A DNA stretch of 64,000 nucleotides from Pirellulales bacterium. Lineage in GTDB: Bacteria; Planctomycetota; Planctomycetia; Pirellulales; PALSA-1355. Below the pieces are notes generated by a model. That model searched no databases. It had not been told where the DNA came from and saw only the letters and a list, made by a program, of their open reading frames with translations. The position numbers and the translations under genes were made by a program. The stretch spans positions 1 through 64,000 of the forward strand of contig CAVTBU010000009.1 of the NCBI GenBank assembly GCA_963733035.1, written 5' to 3'. Shown piece after piece: positions 21,072-31,929 of the stretch (within the stretch, counting starts at the first letter, position 1; each line of letters begins with the position of its first letter).

Positions 21072-22403
21072 ATGCGCACTTCACTTTTGCTCGCCCTCAC
21101 TACCATTCTTCCTGTTGCAGCGCTGGCCGCCGACTTCAATCAGGAGAAACTCGACAATTGGCACCAATGGCGCGGACCTTTGGCCAACGGCTTTGCACCC
21201 CTGGCCGATCCGCCGACGACCTGGGGGCCGGAGTCGAATGTGAAATGGAGAGTCGGCTTACCCGGCCAGGGCGAGTCGACGCCGATCGTCTGGCAGAACC
21301 ACATCTTCCTCACCACTGCCATTAAAACCGAGCGAGAGGAAGAGCAATCGCCCGCGGAAACCGTCGAGGCGCCCGGAGGCAATCCCTTCCGCATTGAGCG
21401 CCCTACGCACTATTACAAGTTCGTGGTGCAGTGTCACGACCGCGCCGATGGTGCGATCCTGTGGCAAAAGGTCGTCACCGAGGTTGTTCCGCACGAAGGA
21501 CATCACAAAGACCACGGCTACGCGTCGCCATCGCCCGTGACCGACGGGCAGTTCGTCTATGTATCCTTCGGCTCCCGCGGCATTTATTGCTTCGACATGG
21601 CTGGTACGCTCCAGTGGAAACGTGACCTGGGCAGGCTGCACATGTATCGCTTCTTCGGCGAAGCTGCGTCGCCGGTGATCGAGGGTGACACCTTGCTGGT
21701 GAATTGGGATCACGAGGGCGACTCATTCCTTTATGCTCTCGTCGCCCGCACTGGTAAGACCCGCTGGCAGACTCCCCGAGAACCAGGGTCATCGTGGTCG
21801 ACGCCGCTTGTGGTCGACTTCGCCGGCCGCAAACAAGTTGTCGTGAATTCGAATAAGAAAGCCCGCGGCTACGACTTCGCCACCGGCGAAGTTCTCTGGG
21901 AGTGTGGCGGGCAGACGCTGGCCATTATTCCCTGCCCGGTTGCATACGACGGTAAGGTTTTCTTGATGAGCGGCTACCCGAAGAGCGCGCTGTTCGCGGT
22001 ACCGCTTGATTCCAAAGGCGACATCACCGGCAGCGATAAGGTCGCCTGGTCACGCACCAGCGACACGCCCTATTGCCCGTCGCCGGTACTGGTCGATGGC
22101 AAGCTCTATTTCAACAAGTCAAATAGCGCGATCCTGACCTGCCTGGACGCAAAAACCGGTAAGCCAATTATCGAAAAACAGCGGCTGCCTGACATTCGCA
22201 ACATCTATGCTTCGCCCGTGGCGGCGCACGGTCGGATCTACTTTACCGACCGCGACGGGACCACACTGGTTCTGGCGGATGCCCCGGAAATCAAAGTCTT
22301 GGCCACGAACAAGCTAAACGCTCAAATTGACGCTTCACCCGCGTTAGTTGGGAACGAAATCATTTTCCGCAGTAAGACGCATTTGTACTGCATCGGAGAA
22401 TAG
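21072..22403 (+). CDS. PQQ-like/BamB-type beta-propeller protein, secreted
   Basis: Signal peptide, NWHQWRGP, repeated (A)SPV and TG..xW blades. Confidence 0.9.
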   Translation: MRTSLLLALTTILPVAALAADFNQEKLDNWHQWRGPLANGFAPLADPPTTWGPESNVKWRVGLPGQGESTPIVWQNHIFLTTAIKTEREEEQSPAETVEAPGGNPFRIERPTHYYKFVVQCHDRADGAILWQKVVTEVVPHEGHHKDHGYASPSPVTDGQFVYVSFGSRGIYCFDMAGTLQWKRDLGRLHMYRFFGEAASPVIEGDTLLVNWDHEGDSFLYALVARTGKTRWQTPREPGSSWSTPLVVDFAGRKQVVVNSNKKARGYDFATGEVLWECGGQTLAIIPCPVAYDGKVFLMSGYPKSALFAVPLDSKGDITGSDKVAWSRTSDTPYCPSPVLVDGKLYFNKSNSAILTCLDAKTGKPIIEKQRLPDIRNIYASPVAAHGRIYFTDRDGTTLVLADAPEIKVLATNKLNAQIDASPALVGNEIIFRSKTHLYCIGE

Positions 22404-22489
22404 GCGACGTCGCCGTTTGTGGACTCTAGCTTGCGTGACGCGACTGCCGAATTAACAGCCGTGTCTGAGCGCCGCCCCTGAGGACGCTC

Positions 22490-23905
22490 TTATGACTCGG
22501 CCGCCAGCCAATCGGCAAGCTCGGCGAGGGCTCTACAGTAAACATCGTAGTCAACGTGAAAACCATCGGATCTTGCAAACAAATCGCCCTTGAAGTTGGG
22601 AGACGGCAGCCCGCGGAGCGCATCGAACTTACGTGCATTGCTTTCCGCACGAGCGTCTGCCGCGAAATATGCTGCGATTGCGCGGGCCTGATCAGCAAAC
22701 ACTGGCCAGCAGCAACGAAACCCAATCGCTTCGGCGAGATAGGCCAAGCCGGGCTCACGACGGTGAAATACCAGAAATGAGAGTGAATCGCTCAAGTCAT
22801 TGCCAAATTCCGGTAGTGGCGAGAGAAGTGGGTATTTTCGATCGAAACCGGTTGCGAACACGACGGCGTCAATTGGTTCAGCTGCCTGACGAGGATCGGC
22901 AAAACTCGCATGCCCTCGAGCGAGGCTTGTGACGTTTGACCGCACAGCTACTCTGCCACTGCGAATTGCCTCGACGATTCCGCGGTCACCAATCGGCAAA
23001 CGATCGTTGAGTGAATGCTTCGGCGCGTTCAACCCCAATCGTCGGAATCCGCCCACGCTCAGCCAGCGGATCATGTGAAACGACGACAGCTTATACCAGC
23101 GCGGGAGCCAGTGCGGAGTGTCGGCCGCAAGCTTGTCACATGGCACCCCCAAAACAGTTTGTGGATTGATCCAGGGTGTGGTACGAATCGCCAGCAACGT
23201 ACGACACGTCACTTTGCTGATCTTGTCAGCAATATCGGAACCGGAATTACCCACACCGACGACCAGCACGCGTTTTCCTGCGAACACATCGGGATGTTTG
23301 TAGTCTGACGAGTGCAACACTTCGACGCCGGCAGCCAAGGCCTCATCTTTGAGCGGTTGCGGAATGGACCCAAGATTGCGGTGATGTGCGCCGGTGGCAA
23401 AGACAATTCCACGAAACTCTCGCAGGATTGTTCCGCCTCGATCCGTGCGGCGCAAGGTGACGAGCCAGGTTCCTTGAGCGGTCTTTTTGGCGTCGACAAA
23501 CCGGGTTTGAAAGGAGATGCGAGAAAGCAACTGCTCGGATTCGGCGAAGCTTGCCAAGCAATTGTGGGCGTGCATGTGGGGCAAATAGTTCGGCCAAGCT
23601 TCAGGTAGGGGGTGGTTGAGGTGCGTCGTGAATCGAGAGGTGACCGTGCACATCCCTTCATACACGGAACTAACGGGGTTGGTGATGTCCCAAATTCCAC
23701 CGACTTTGGCATGGCTTTCCACGCCCAGAAAGTCAATGCCGGCGGTTCGCAATGCAGACATTCCAGCCAGCCCGGCAGGTCCGGCCCCAACGACCAACAA
23801 GGGCAGCCTTGCGTCGGTCGCCGCGATCTTTCCACAAGATTCGGACGGGGATTGCTCGAGCCAATTCCTGAGTACGCTACGTTGGGAAGCTTTCATGCCG
23901 GACAC
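22490..23905 (-). CDS. Flavin-containing monooxygenase (FMO-like)
   Basis: GAGPAG FAD motif, HSSDYK FMO signature, GVGNSG NADPH motif, FATGF. Confidence 0.85.
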   Translation of the reverse strand: MSGMKASQRSVLRNWLEQSPSESCGKIAATDARLPLLVVGAGPAGLAGMSALRTAGIDFLGVESHAKVGGIWDITNPVSSVYEGMCTVTSRFTTHLNHPLPEAWPNYLPHMHAHNCLASFAESEQLLSRISFQTRFVDAKKTAQGTWLVTLRRTDRGGTILREFRGIVFATGAHHRNLGSIPQPLKDEALAAGVEVLHSSDYKHPDVFAGKRVLVVGVGNSGSDIADKISKVTCRTLLAIRTTPWINPQTVLGVPCDKLAADTPHWLPRWYKLSSFHMIRWLSVGGFRRLGLNAPKHSLNDRLPIGDRGIVEAIRSGRVAVRSNVTSLARGHASFADPRQAAEPIDAVVFATGFDRKYPLLSPLPEFGNDLSDSLSFLVFHRREPGLAYLAEAIGFRCCWPVFADQARAIAAYFAADARAESNARKFDALRGLPSPNFKGDLFARSDGFHVDYDVYCRALAELADWLAAES

Positions 23906-24301
23906 GCTTTGATTGGCAGGAGTCTATTGGTTGAGTGGTCTCTATTTTCAAGTTAATTGCGGTAGCCAACCTTTCAAGTAGCTGAGAGTTGCTCCGACCC
24001 ACTGACGCCGGATAAAGCCAAACCACGAGCCCGACCGAGCGAAGAACGAAGGAGAATTCTCGCGACAGAGAACAGGCGTCAAGTAGGATCATGCGGCTTG
24101 TGCCGAAAGTGACGCTGGCGAATGCTAGAAGGCGCAATACCCGCAGGTTGGCAATTGACTGCCGACGAAACAATGCGCGCGGCATCCAACGACGCTGCCA
24201 TGGTGAAACTGCCAACGGCCGTACATCGGGGCGATAAGTGCCGTGTCGATCAACAAGCCACCAAGCAATACTGCGGCTGCTGAGTCGAGCGGTTAACGGG
24301 C

Positions 24302-26686
24302 TCAGCTCGACTTGTGTAGGGCAGTGACCGCCAGCGCGTTCTCGATTTTTTGCAAATCGACCGGCTTAATCAGATAGGAGTCGAAACCGGCTTCGTTTAT
24401 GCGCGTCCGGTCCGTCTCCGGCGTATAGCCGGTCAAGGCAATCAGCCGCGCATCTTTCAACTCTTCGTTCTCCCGTAGACGCCTCGCGACTTCGACGCCG
24501 TCGACCACCGGCAATCCAATGTCGAGCAGTACAGCCTCCGGCTGGAACTCACGAGCCGCTACGAGTACGGACGATCCTGAATAGCACACCTCAACCTGGT
24601 GCCCTGCCTGACGCAGCAGCGCTGCCGTCGAATCGGCCGCGTCTTTGTTGTCATCGACAACCAATACTCGCAAGGCAGAATTGACGTTCGCATCCGATCC
24701 GTCTTGAAAACGCTCGTTTGTCGGCGGCGTCGCGAGCGGCAAATGAACGGTAAATGTACTGCCGCTTCCCGAGCCTTCGCTCGATGCTTCAACTTTGCCG
24801 CCGTGGAGTTCCACGACTCGCTGAACGACGCTCAATCCGATGCCGAGCCCCCCTTGGGATCTGTCGAGGGATTGCTCGGCCTGAGTAAACAGGTCAAACA
24901 CCACGGGTAGCAGTGCCGGACCGATGCCAACTCCGGTATCAATGATATGCAAGACTGCCTCATTTTCGCGTTCCAGCGTCAACCGGATCTTTCCCTGATC
25001 AGGCGTATACTTAGCGGCGTTCTTGAGCAAGTTGATGACAGCCTGTTCCAAGCGTACCGGATCTGCGTCAACCCACACCGCACCTTCGGGAAACGACGTG
25101 GAGAGTTCGTGCGATTTTCCATCAATCTCGGATTTTGTTGCCTCGATTGCCCGATTGATGACGTCTCGCAAGTCGACGACTTCTTTGTCGAGCCGGATTC
25201 TGCCGGTCGATATTCTCGACACTTCCAATAGATCGTCTACGAGTTTCCTAAGTATTTCGGCCTGGCGCTCGATGATGTTGACCGCTTCGCCAGAAGTCTG
25301 TTGGTCGTTGCGTGCCGAGCGAAGTAGTTGCACGGCGTTGATGATTGGCGAGAGCGGGTTGCGCAACTCGTGAGACAGCATCGCAAGAAACGCATCCTTG
25401 CGCCGGTTGAGGTCGGCAAGCGACTCCGCACGCATCTGCATTTGCGTCATCTCTCGCAGCTTTTCCGCATCTTGTTTGCGAAGCGTAATATCGCGAACGA
25501 TTGCCGTGAAGAATCGGCCCTCATCGGTCTTCCAGGTTGTCAGCGACAGCTCGATCGGAAATGATTGGCCATTCTTCTTACGGCCTTCAAGCTCGACGGT
25601 CTTTCCAATGAGGCGCGACGAACGGGTCGCGCGGTATCTCGTGAATCCCTTCCGATGAGCGTCCAGGTAGTTCTCTGGAACTAGCAAAGTGACCGGCTGT
25701 CCGAGTGCTTCGGACTCGGTATATCCAAAAGTCAAACTTGCGGCTTTATTCCAGGACGCGATGTTGCCATCTTGATCGGCCGAGATAATTGCTTCCGTGG
25801 CAGCCTGCGTCAATGCCTGCAATCGTTCCTCGCGAGCGCGCAATTCTTCCTCCGCCATCTTGCGTTCTGTGAGGTCGCGAGTGATTTTTGAAAACCCCTT
25901 GAGGACTGAATTGTTGTCTCGTACCGCCGTAATCACCAGGTTGGCCCAGAACCGCGAGCCGTCTTTACGAAGACGCCAGCCTTCGTCTTCAAAACGGCCC
26001 GTGTCAGCGGCTATTTTCAATTCCATATCGGGAATGCCCTGGGCTACGACGTTGGGAGGGTAAAAGCAGGAAAAGTGCTTTCCGATGATTTCTGTCGCCT
26101 TGTAGCCTTTGATGCGTTCCGCGCCGGCGTTCCAACTGGTAATATTTCCAAGCGGGTCGAGCATAAAGATCGCGTAGTCCTGTACTCCCTCGACTAGCAG
26201 TCGAAACCGCTGCTCGCTCTCGACCAGTGCTCTTTCGTCATCCCGACGCTGAGTCACGTCACGAAACACTAGAACGACGCCAACAATCTCGCCGCTGGCT
26301 CGCCGAATCGGTGCCGCGCTATCGTCGATCGGATACTCGCTACCGTCTTTGGAGATCAGCAGTGTATGATTTGCGAGTCCAACGATTACACCTTCACGTA
26401 GCGCTCTCAGGGCTGGGCTCTCGACTGTTCGTCGCGTGTCTTCGTTGACAATTTGGAAAACCAGGTCCAAGGACACCCCTGACGCCTCGCTACGAGTCCA
26501 GCCGGTTAGTGACTCCGCTGCAGGATTCAGAAAGGTGATAAGACCCTCAATATCTGTTGCGATAACCGCATCACCAATGCTTCGCAGCGCGACCTGGAAC
26601 CATTCTTCGCCCGGATCCATTGTTGCCTTTGCTGATTGGGTCATGACGGTTGCCTCCACTTTTGAGCCTCTCTCTTCCGTAGTCAC
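24302..26686 (-). CDS. Hybrid sensor histidine kinase with three PAS domains and receiver
   Basis: Three PAS/PAC blocks, SHELRNPL, NLLKNAAKY, DTGVG, GLGIGL, C-terminal VVDDN..LLDIGLP..KP. Confidence 0.95.
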   Translation of the reverse strand: MTTEERGSKVEATVMTQSAKATMDPGEEWFQVALRSIGDAVIATDIEGLITFLNPAAESLTGWTRSEASGVSLDLVFQIVNEDTRRTVESPALRALREGVIVGLANHTLLISKDGSEYPIDDSAAPIRRASGEIVGVVLVFRDVTQRRDDERALVESEQRFRLLVEGVQDYAIFMLDPLGNITSWNAGAERIKGYKATEIIGKHFSCFYPPNVVAQGIPDMELKIAADTGRFEDEGWRLRKDGSRFWANLVITAVRDNNSVLKGFSKITRDLTERKMAEEELRAREERLQALTQAATEAIISADQDGNIASWNKAASLTFGYTESEALGQPVTLLVPENYLDAHRKGFTRYRATRSSRLIGKTVELEGRKKNGQSFPIELSLTTWKTDEGRFFTAIVRDITLRKQDAEKLREMTQMQMRAESLADLNRRKDAFLAMLSHELRNPLSPIINAVQLLRSARNDQQTSGEAVNIIERQAEILRKLVDDLLEVSRISTGRIRLDKEVVDLRDVINRAIEATKSEIDGKSHELSTSFPEGAVWVDADPVRLEQAVINLLKNAAKYTPDQGKIRLTLERENEAVLHIIDTGVGIGPALLPVVFDLFTQAEQSLDRSQGGLGIGLSVVQRVVELHGGKVEASSEGSGSGSTFTVHLPLATPPTNERFQDGSDANVNSALRVLVVDDNKDAADSTAALLRQAGHQVEVCYSGSSVLVAAREFQPEAVLLDIGLPVVDGVEVARRLRENEELKDARLIALTGYTPETDRTRINEAGFDSYLIKPVDLQKIENALAVTALHKSS

Positions 26687-27126
26687 TCCGGCACCTGCTA
26701 CAAAGAAGGGACGGATTTGATCGAAATGCGGTCAGCGCGCTTGCAAAACAGCCATCTGACCGGGTGCGTGCGTCGGTTCTCCGACGGCTTTTCCGAAGGG
26801 TCTAGCCCCCCTCTGCTACATTGCAACGCTATGCAAGTATCGGGCCAGATCGTGCGGTGCCGTACATATGACCTTGAGATCGATTCCCCGTGCTGCAACG
26901 GAAGTTACGGCAAGGAACACAAAACTTGGATGAATCGATGGTCCAATCCATGAATTGGGCAAAGCTCGAATGCGCAATGACGACACGCGTCTCGCCCGCC
27001 AAAACTCGACGCGAACGGCCATAGCAGCAACTTCTCTTGCAAATGTGCGATTGTGCGCGCTAAATTGCATGAACTCTGCCGTGGGGCCCTTGGACGGCAA
27101 TTCCATCTCTTAGGAGGCATTTTCTG

Positions 27127-27531
27127 ATGCCAGTCTCCAGTGAAACTTGCCGCAGAATCTTGGTCGTCGACGATTGTCCCGATAATGCTTCAATGTTGGC
27201 CAAGCTCCTCGAAGTGAACGGTCATCTCGCTCTCGGGCTGACCAAACCGACCGCCCTTTTTCTATCAGTCGACGAATTCTCGCCGGACTTAATCCTGCTG
27301 GATTTGAGCATGCCGGAGCTGGATGGCTTCTGTGCCGCCGCAGAATTGCGAATTCGCGGATTCACCAAGCCGATTGTTGCCGTGACCGGGTATTCAGCAC
27401 CTGGCCTTCGCGAGCGGGCGATGGCGATGGGGTTTAACTACTTTCTGCTGAAGCCGGTTCGGATCGAGGACGTCGAGCAAATGCTCGCTAGCTTGTATCC
27501 GAGCACTGACGCACTTACAAAGCAAGCATAG
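27127..27531 (+). CDS. Single-domain response regulator
   Basis: ILVVDD, LLDLSMPELDG, AVTG, LKP; GGAGG RBS. Confidence 0.9.
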   Translation: MPVSSETCRRILVVDDCPDNASMLAKLLEVNGHLALGLTKPTALFLSVDEFSPDLILLDLSMPELDGFCAAAELRIRGFTKPIVAVTGYSAPGLRERAMAMGFNYFLLKPVRIEDVEQMLASLYPSTDALTKQA

Positions 27532-27706
27532 CCTCAAACACATACCGTGGGAGGGAACAGTCAAGAGAGCAACTCTGCAAATCGCTCGGCGCGCAATTTC
27601 TTTCGCATTGACTTGAATTCGCAATCCGCCGTCGATGTCTGACTGCTGCGAAGGGGGCTCTGTGGGGCCCCGTCTTTTGTTGCACGGCGATTGCGCACTG
27701 GACCGG

Positions 27707-28648
27707 CTAGTTTGTCACCTCGGTGACGAACCGCACGAGCATAGCTCCGGTAGCGTCCTGTGGAGCTCCCAGGAGATGGTTCGCCCCGAAATGATCGCGA
27801 TCATCGAGCAGTTTGGTCGTCGCGCTACCTCCAGCTTCATTAATCAGCTTTGCCAATCGCTCGGCAGCCTGATGCGACGCACTGCCAGGTTCGATTGATG
27901 CGAAGAGAAAACGCGGACCAGCCTTGACGTCGCCTACGTGCTGGACGGGGGAAGCATCGCGCCAGACTTCCTCACTGTCGCCGAAAGCCTTCTTGATATA
28001 GTCCGCATACGCCCCACGCTGTTCCACTTTTTGGACCAGATCATACGAACCACCGCTCCACGCCACAACGCCGCTCAGGTCTGAGGGCCGCAGACCAACG
28101 CTCGCGAGGTATCGAGAATCGAGCGCGACGAGAGTTACCAGATGACAGCCCGCCGAGTGGCCCATCAACACGATCTTCTTGGGATTCCCGCCAAAACGGC
28201 CCGCGTGATCGTGAACGAATCGAATCGCGGCCGCGACGTCGCTTACGTGAGCCGGATGAGTAACTGCCGGCGTCAGCCGATAGTTGATGCTGATCATTAG
28301 AATTCCGTTTTGGTTGAACAACTTCGGCTTGAAACTCACTGCGGACTTGTCCCCGCGAGTCCACTCCCCGCCATGCACGAAGACGACGACCGGAGCTTCA
28401 TTGGCACCGTGAGGCGCGTAGACGTCGAGCCGCTGTGCCTGGTCGTCACCATAAGACACGTTGGCCTCTAGCACGCTATTGGTCGCCAGTACAGCGACTT
28501 GAGATGGCCGTGGCGGCCGGTTTGCCCGCAGCTTCGACTCCTGCGCGTGAGCCATGGTGGGCAATCCGAACCCGAGGATAAAAAAGGTTATCATAGTCGA
28601 CATCGTCCTCGTGCGCATCGAATGGGTTTCAGCCATGACAATCTCCAT
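27707..28648 (-). CDS. Secreted alpha/beta hydrolase (carboxylesterase-like)
   Basis: VHGGEW, NYRL, nucleophile GHSAG, DASP; signal-like N-terminus. Confidence 0.9.
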   Translation of the reverse strand: MEIVMAETHSMRTRTMSTMITFFILGFGLPTMAHAQESKLRANRPPRPSQVAVLATNSVLEANVSYGDDQAQRLDVYAPHGANEAPVVVFVHGGEWTRGDKSAVSFKPKLFNQNGILMISINYRLTPAVTHPAHVSDVAAAIRFVHDHAGRFGGNPKKIVLMGHSAGCHLVTLVALDSRYLASVGLRPSDLSGVVAWSGGSYDLVQKVEQRGAYADYIKKAFGDSEEVWRDASPVQHVGDVKAGPRFLFASIEPGSASHQAAERLAKLINEAGGSATTKLLDDRDHFGANHLLGAPQDATGAMLVRFVTEVTN

Positions 28649-28688
28649 CTGAAAAGGTTTGTCGACCGCGCGGGATGAATCTCGCGCG

Positions 28689-29822
28689 CTAGTCGACGCC
28701 AGGAGGGTCCGCAAGGACTTCGTCGCCGCGCACGGTTACCAGCGCAAAGAAGACAACCGGATCAATCTCCTCGCTGAGCAAGTGCACTGATCCGTCGGCA
28801 AATGTCGCATAGGCTCCGGCGCTATGAAAACTGTAGACTCCTCTGTAGTTGCTGCTGTTGATCGCGATTGGGCCGCCTTGCATCGTTCCGTCGGAACTCC
28901 AGGTCCCCACATTGAAGTTATTGTTGTGGGCCCACGCTCCCCAGCCGTAATCCAGAGGAATGTTGTCCATTACGTCGACGGAACTTCCCGAAACATACGA
29001 CGGAAAGTTGACGCCGGGAATCTTCACCCCGCCGGCTAGATACAGCCAGGGACGGCCCGACATCTCCGTGATCATCGCGGTCCTTGAGAGCCCGTCCGTT
29101 ATCTGCCCTAGACGCCGAAGAACGGGGGATTTGCTTTGCGGACCGAAGGCGCCGGAGAGATCTCTTGTTGTTGGCGCGTTGGGGTAAACGTGAAAGTATC
29201 CCGCTGGAATCATACTTGGAGCCTTCGGTGCCGTCGCTGACGAAGCGGCCGCGATTGCGAAATAGTCGATGCTCGCAGTCGTGAATGTTGTTAGCGGATT
29301 GGCGCTCTTGCCAGCAAACGCCGGATCCGTGGCGGTGTAGATGTGCTCAACGGGGCTCGTCGGGCACTCCAATACCGGCAACCTCTGAGTGACCGCGCCG
29401 GCGTTGATCGCGTCAAACCACGGTTGACTATAGTCGTACTGCGCGAGCAAGTTGCCTTCCTCGAAATATGGAAGAATTTCGGTGACCCAGCCCGGCTGGT
29501 TCGACGACGAATAGAGCAACGGAAACCCGCCGTGAACGCTCGCATATGCCTGGCAGGCAATCCCCAACTGTTTGAGATTGTTCTTGCATTGCGCGCAACG
29601 CGCAGCTTCGCGCGCGGCCTGAATGGCCGGCAACAGCAGCGCGGCCAACGTGCCGATGATCGCAATCACGACCAACAATTCTACGAGGGTGAAACCTCGA
29701 CGCGCGCACGATCGGTCGGTAGCCGAATCTGACAGGGCCGCGGGGCGCCAGTGGGCAAATGCGCCGGGATGTGCCGACATCGGCGAGGTTGATTTCGCTC
29801 CTTGGCGGCTGAATACAAACAT
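28689..29822 (-). CDS. DUF1559 prepilin-type N-terminal cleavage/methylation protein
   Basis: [42 protein letters not shown]9-DG ([12 protein letters not shown]). Confidence 0.95.
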   Translation of the reverse strand: MFVFSRQGAKSTSPMSAHPGAFAHWRPAALSDSATDRSCARRGFTLVELLVVIAIIGTLAALLLPAIQAAREAARCAQCKNNLKQLGIACQAYASVHGGFPLLYSSSNQPGWVTEILPYFEEGNLLAQYDYSQPWFDAINAGAVTQRLPVLECPTSPVEHIYTATDPAFAGKSANPLTTFTTASIDYFAIAAASSATAPKAPSMIPAGYFHVYPNAPTTRDLSGAFGPQSKSPVLRRLGQITDGLSRTAMITEMSGRPWLYLAGGVKIPGVNFPSYVSGSSVDVMDNIPLDYGWGAWAHNNNFNVGTWSSDGTMQGGPIAINSSNYRGVYSFHSAGAYATFADGSVHLLSEEIDPVVFFALVTVRGDEVLADPPGVD

Positions 29823-30347
29823 AATTACTGTCGGAATGCGGGGCCGCGGTGAGGGAATCGCGGGTTGTGTTCAGATGAAGAGCAACCCGCATGCCGCGGA
29901 CCCGTAAGCGGTGGGATGGCGGCGAAGTGTCGCTTTAATCGCGATTCGTGGACATGCCATGCATCACGTTAATGCCCGCCTGTTGTCGTACTCGAGCGGT
30001 GTGCGGCGATTTTTTCGCCGAAGCCGGTGACTTATTTGCCGACCGGGAGAAGAAGCGGCGGCAGGTCGTCGGGGCTGGATTCACAACGCTCGGCGGGGCC
30101 CTTGATCACTTTTAGCTAGAGAGCACTCATAAACTTCGCCGAGCGAGCGGCGTGCGATCCCAGCTGGAGCGGGTCAGGAACGACGGAACCTCTCGAAAGG
30201 GGATGGCCCGTCGGAAGTGTCGCATTTCGGGCCGATTTTTCGCTTAACAATATGGGGTGCCAGGCCTTCATGGGCAGCTGGAATTGTTGTGCACCTCATG
30301 TGCGTTGTTTCCCTGTCGGTCCGTGTTTTTTTCCGGAGGCTGTACCC

Positions 30348-30872
30348 ATGTCATACTCACGTAGAAGACTTTGCGCGGTAAGCGGTCTGATTCTTTTGGC
30401 AGTCCTGATGGTCCGACATGAGGCGTTGGCCCAGAATACGGTGAGGCGGCTTAACGACACCAGAGTGGCGAACCCACTCAAGGCAAAAAAGTATTCGATT
30501 AAGAAGAACACCGAAGTGAACGGTCGGACGGTTGTCGAAGTAATCCAGGTTGCTCCACCAACTAACAGTCACTTTGTCCTGCAACTCTACGGTTTCTTCG
30601 CGGATGACGGCTTTCACGTGGAAGGAGTTATTCAAACCAGTCCATGTCGGCACCTGCACGAGCAGCCGGACAACGGTGGAAATGAAGCCAGCCTTGAGCC
30701 AGGAGACGTGATCGCCACGATCGGAGGATATGTGGTCGACAATGACGATAGCTATTTCCTGGCACTTGCGATGGCCGCCAAGGACGACCCCAACAATGTG
30801 CCGCTGGAAGTGCTGGACGTAGAGAACAACCAGTTGGAGACTTGGTACGTCAAGCCTCGATTGCACAACTAG
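30348..30872 (+). CDS. Secreted hypothetical protein with PDZ-like C-terminus
   Basis: GGAGG RBS, signal peptide, LEPGDVIATIGG motif. Confidence 0.65.
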   Translation: MSYSRRRLCAVSGLILLAVLMVRHEALAQNTVRRLNDTRVANPLKAKKYSIKKNTEVNGRTVVEVIQVAPPTNSHFVLQLYGFFADDGFHVEGVIQTSPCRHLHEQPDNGGNEASLEPGDVIATIGGYVVDNDDSYFLALAMAAKDDPNNVPLEVLDVENNQLETWYVKPRLHN

Positions 30873-31479
30873 GAACGACGGCAATATACATGTTGGGAGG
30901 ACAGGCGGAAGCTGCCTGTGCCTCCCAACGCTTTGTGACGCTCAGACGAGCTGGCGTAGTGTCGTCAAAAGAGGATGCCAATGCAACGCACACGAGTTCG
31001 CAAGAGTTCAAGATATCGGCAACGGACACGAATCCGTACAACTGTCGGAGACGATGCAACCTGATGATAGTGTCCGGCCCATTGGTCAATCGAGCAAAGC
31101 AAGTCTCTCGCTTCGCCACCCGCGAAAGACAGTTTTTCTCCCGGAATTGATGCGGCGATATGGACGCGATTGCCGTGAAGACCAACAAAGACCGCGCGTC
31201 TTTTGCCATCCGCCCTACGCCCGAATAAGTCATCCAGGCGCCGTCGCGGAACGGCAACTTTTGTTTGTGTTGAACCTCAACGGCGGCCGGCCACAGGCCC
31301 TGAAGCTGAACGCGTTCGTAGAGCGGCAGATTCAAAGCTTGAAGTACTAAGCGCTCAATTGCCTCGTCGCCATTGGGCTCGAGCGCTTCGACCAGAACCG
31401 ACTAACCTACCCAACCAAGCTCTTTCGCCATTTGCGGAAAAACAGTTGCTCGATCGCCAACACGGTGTCAGGTGGTCCA

Positions 31480-31690
31480 TGGTTCGAGTGTCGTACCACT
31501 TCCCGAAGGCAGCGGTGATGTAGCCGTGTCCTTTGAGAACTTGTGAATCGAGCCTAGCACTTTTTGGAATGATTCCGCGAGTAACCGGGAAAGCCAATCG
31601 CAATCTCGATAACCATCCGCGCGCCGAATGCTGATTTCACCAAAGCAACCACATCACTCGCGTCGGTGAGAGTTCAGGCAACGTGGAACG
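31480..31690 (-). pseudogene. Degraded arylsulfatase fragment
   Basis: Across shifted frames: FH..SPTR..NQHS..EIAIGFPGYS / GIIPKSA..VLKGHGYITAAFGKW, matching sulfatase signatures; stops and frameshifts. Confidence 0.7.
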
Positions 31691-31929
31691 AGATGTTGCA
31701 CGGTTTCACCACCGCTGTGGATGTAGCCGTACGCAGCGATCGAGTCGCCGATTGATTCGGAACTTAGCATAACAGGTGGCCCGAATTCGAGTCAGAATTC
31801 CAACGATACTTCGATCCCGCGGGAAAAAGAGACTGGGATTCTGCTAGAACCCCGGCGACTGGAATGTGGGGTAACAGTCCGCACCCCTTGAGACCAGCAG
31901 CGCAGCCTGCCGCGGAACCGGTGACGCGC

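Noticed and set aside
30060..30076. Cobalamin-riboswitch-like tail AGCCCCGACGACCTGCC on the minus strand
   Set aside because: Upstream core elements (GGGAA, GCCACTG, GGGAAG) not found
30850..31335. 161-aa minus-strand ORF
   Set aside because: No recognisable motif, overlaps the convergent gene end, lies in a degraded region
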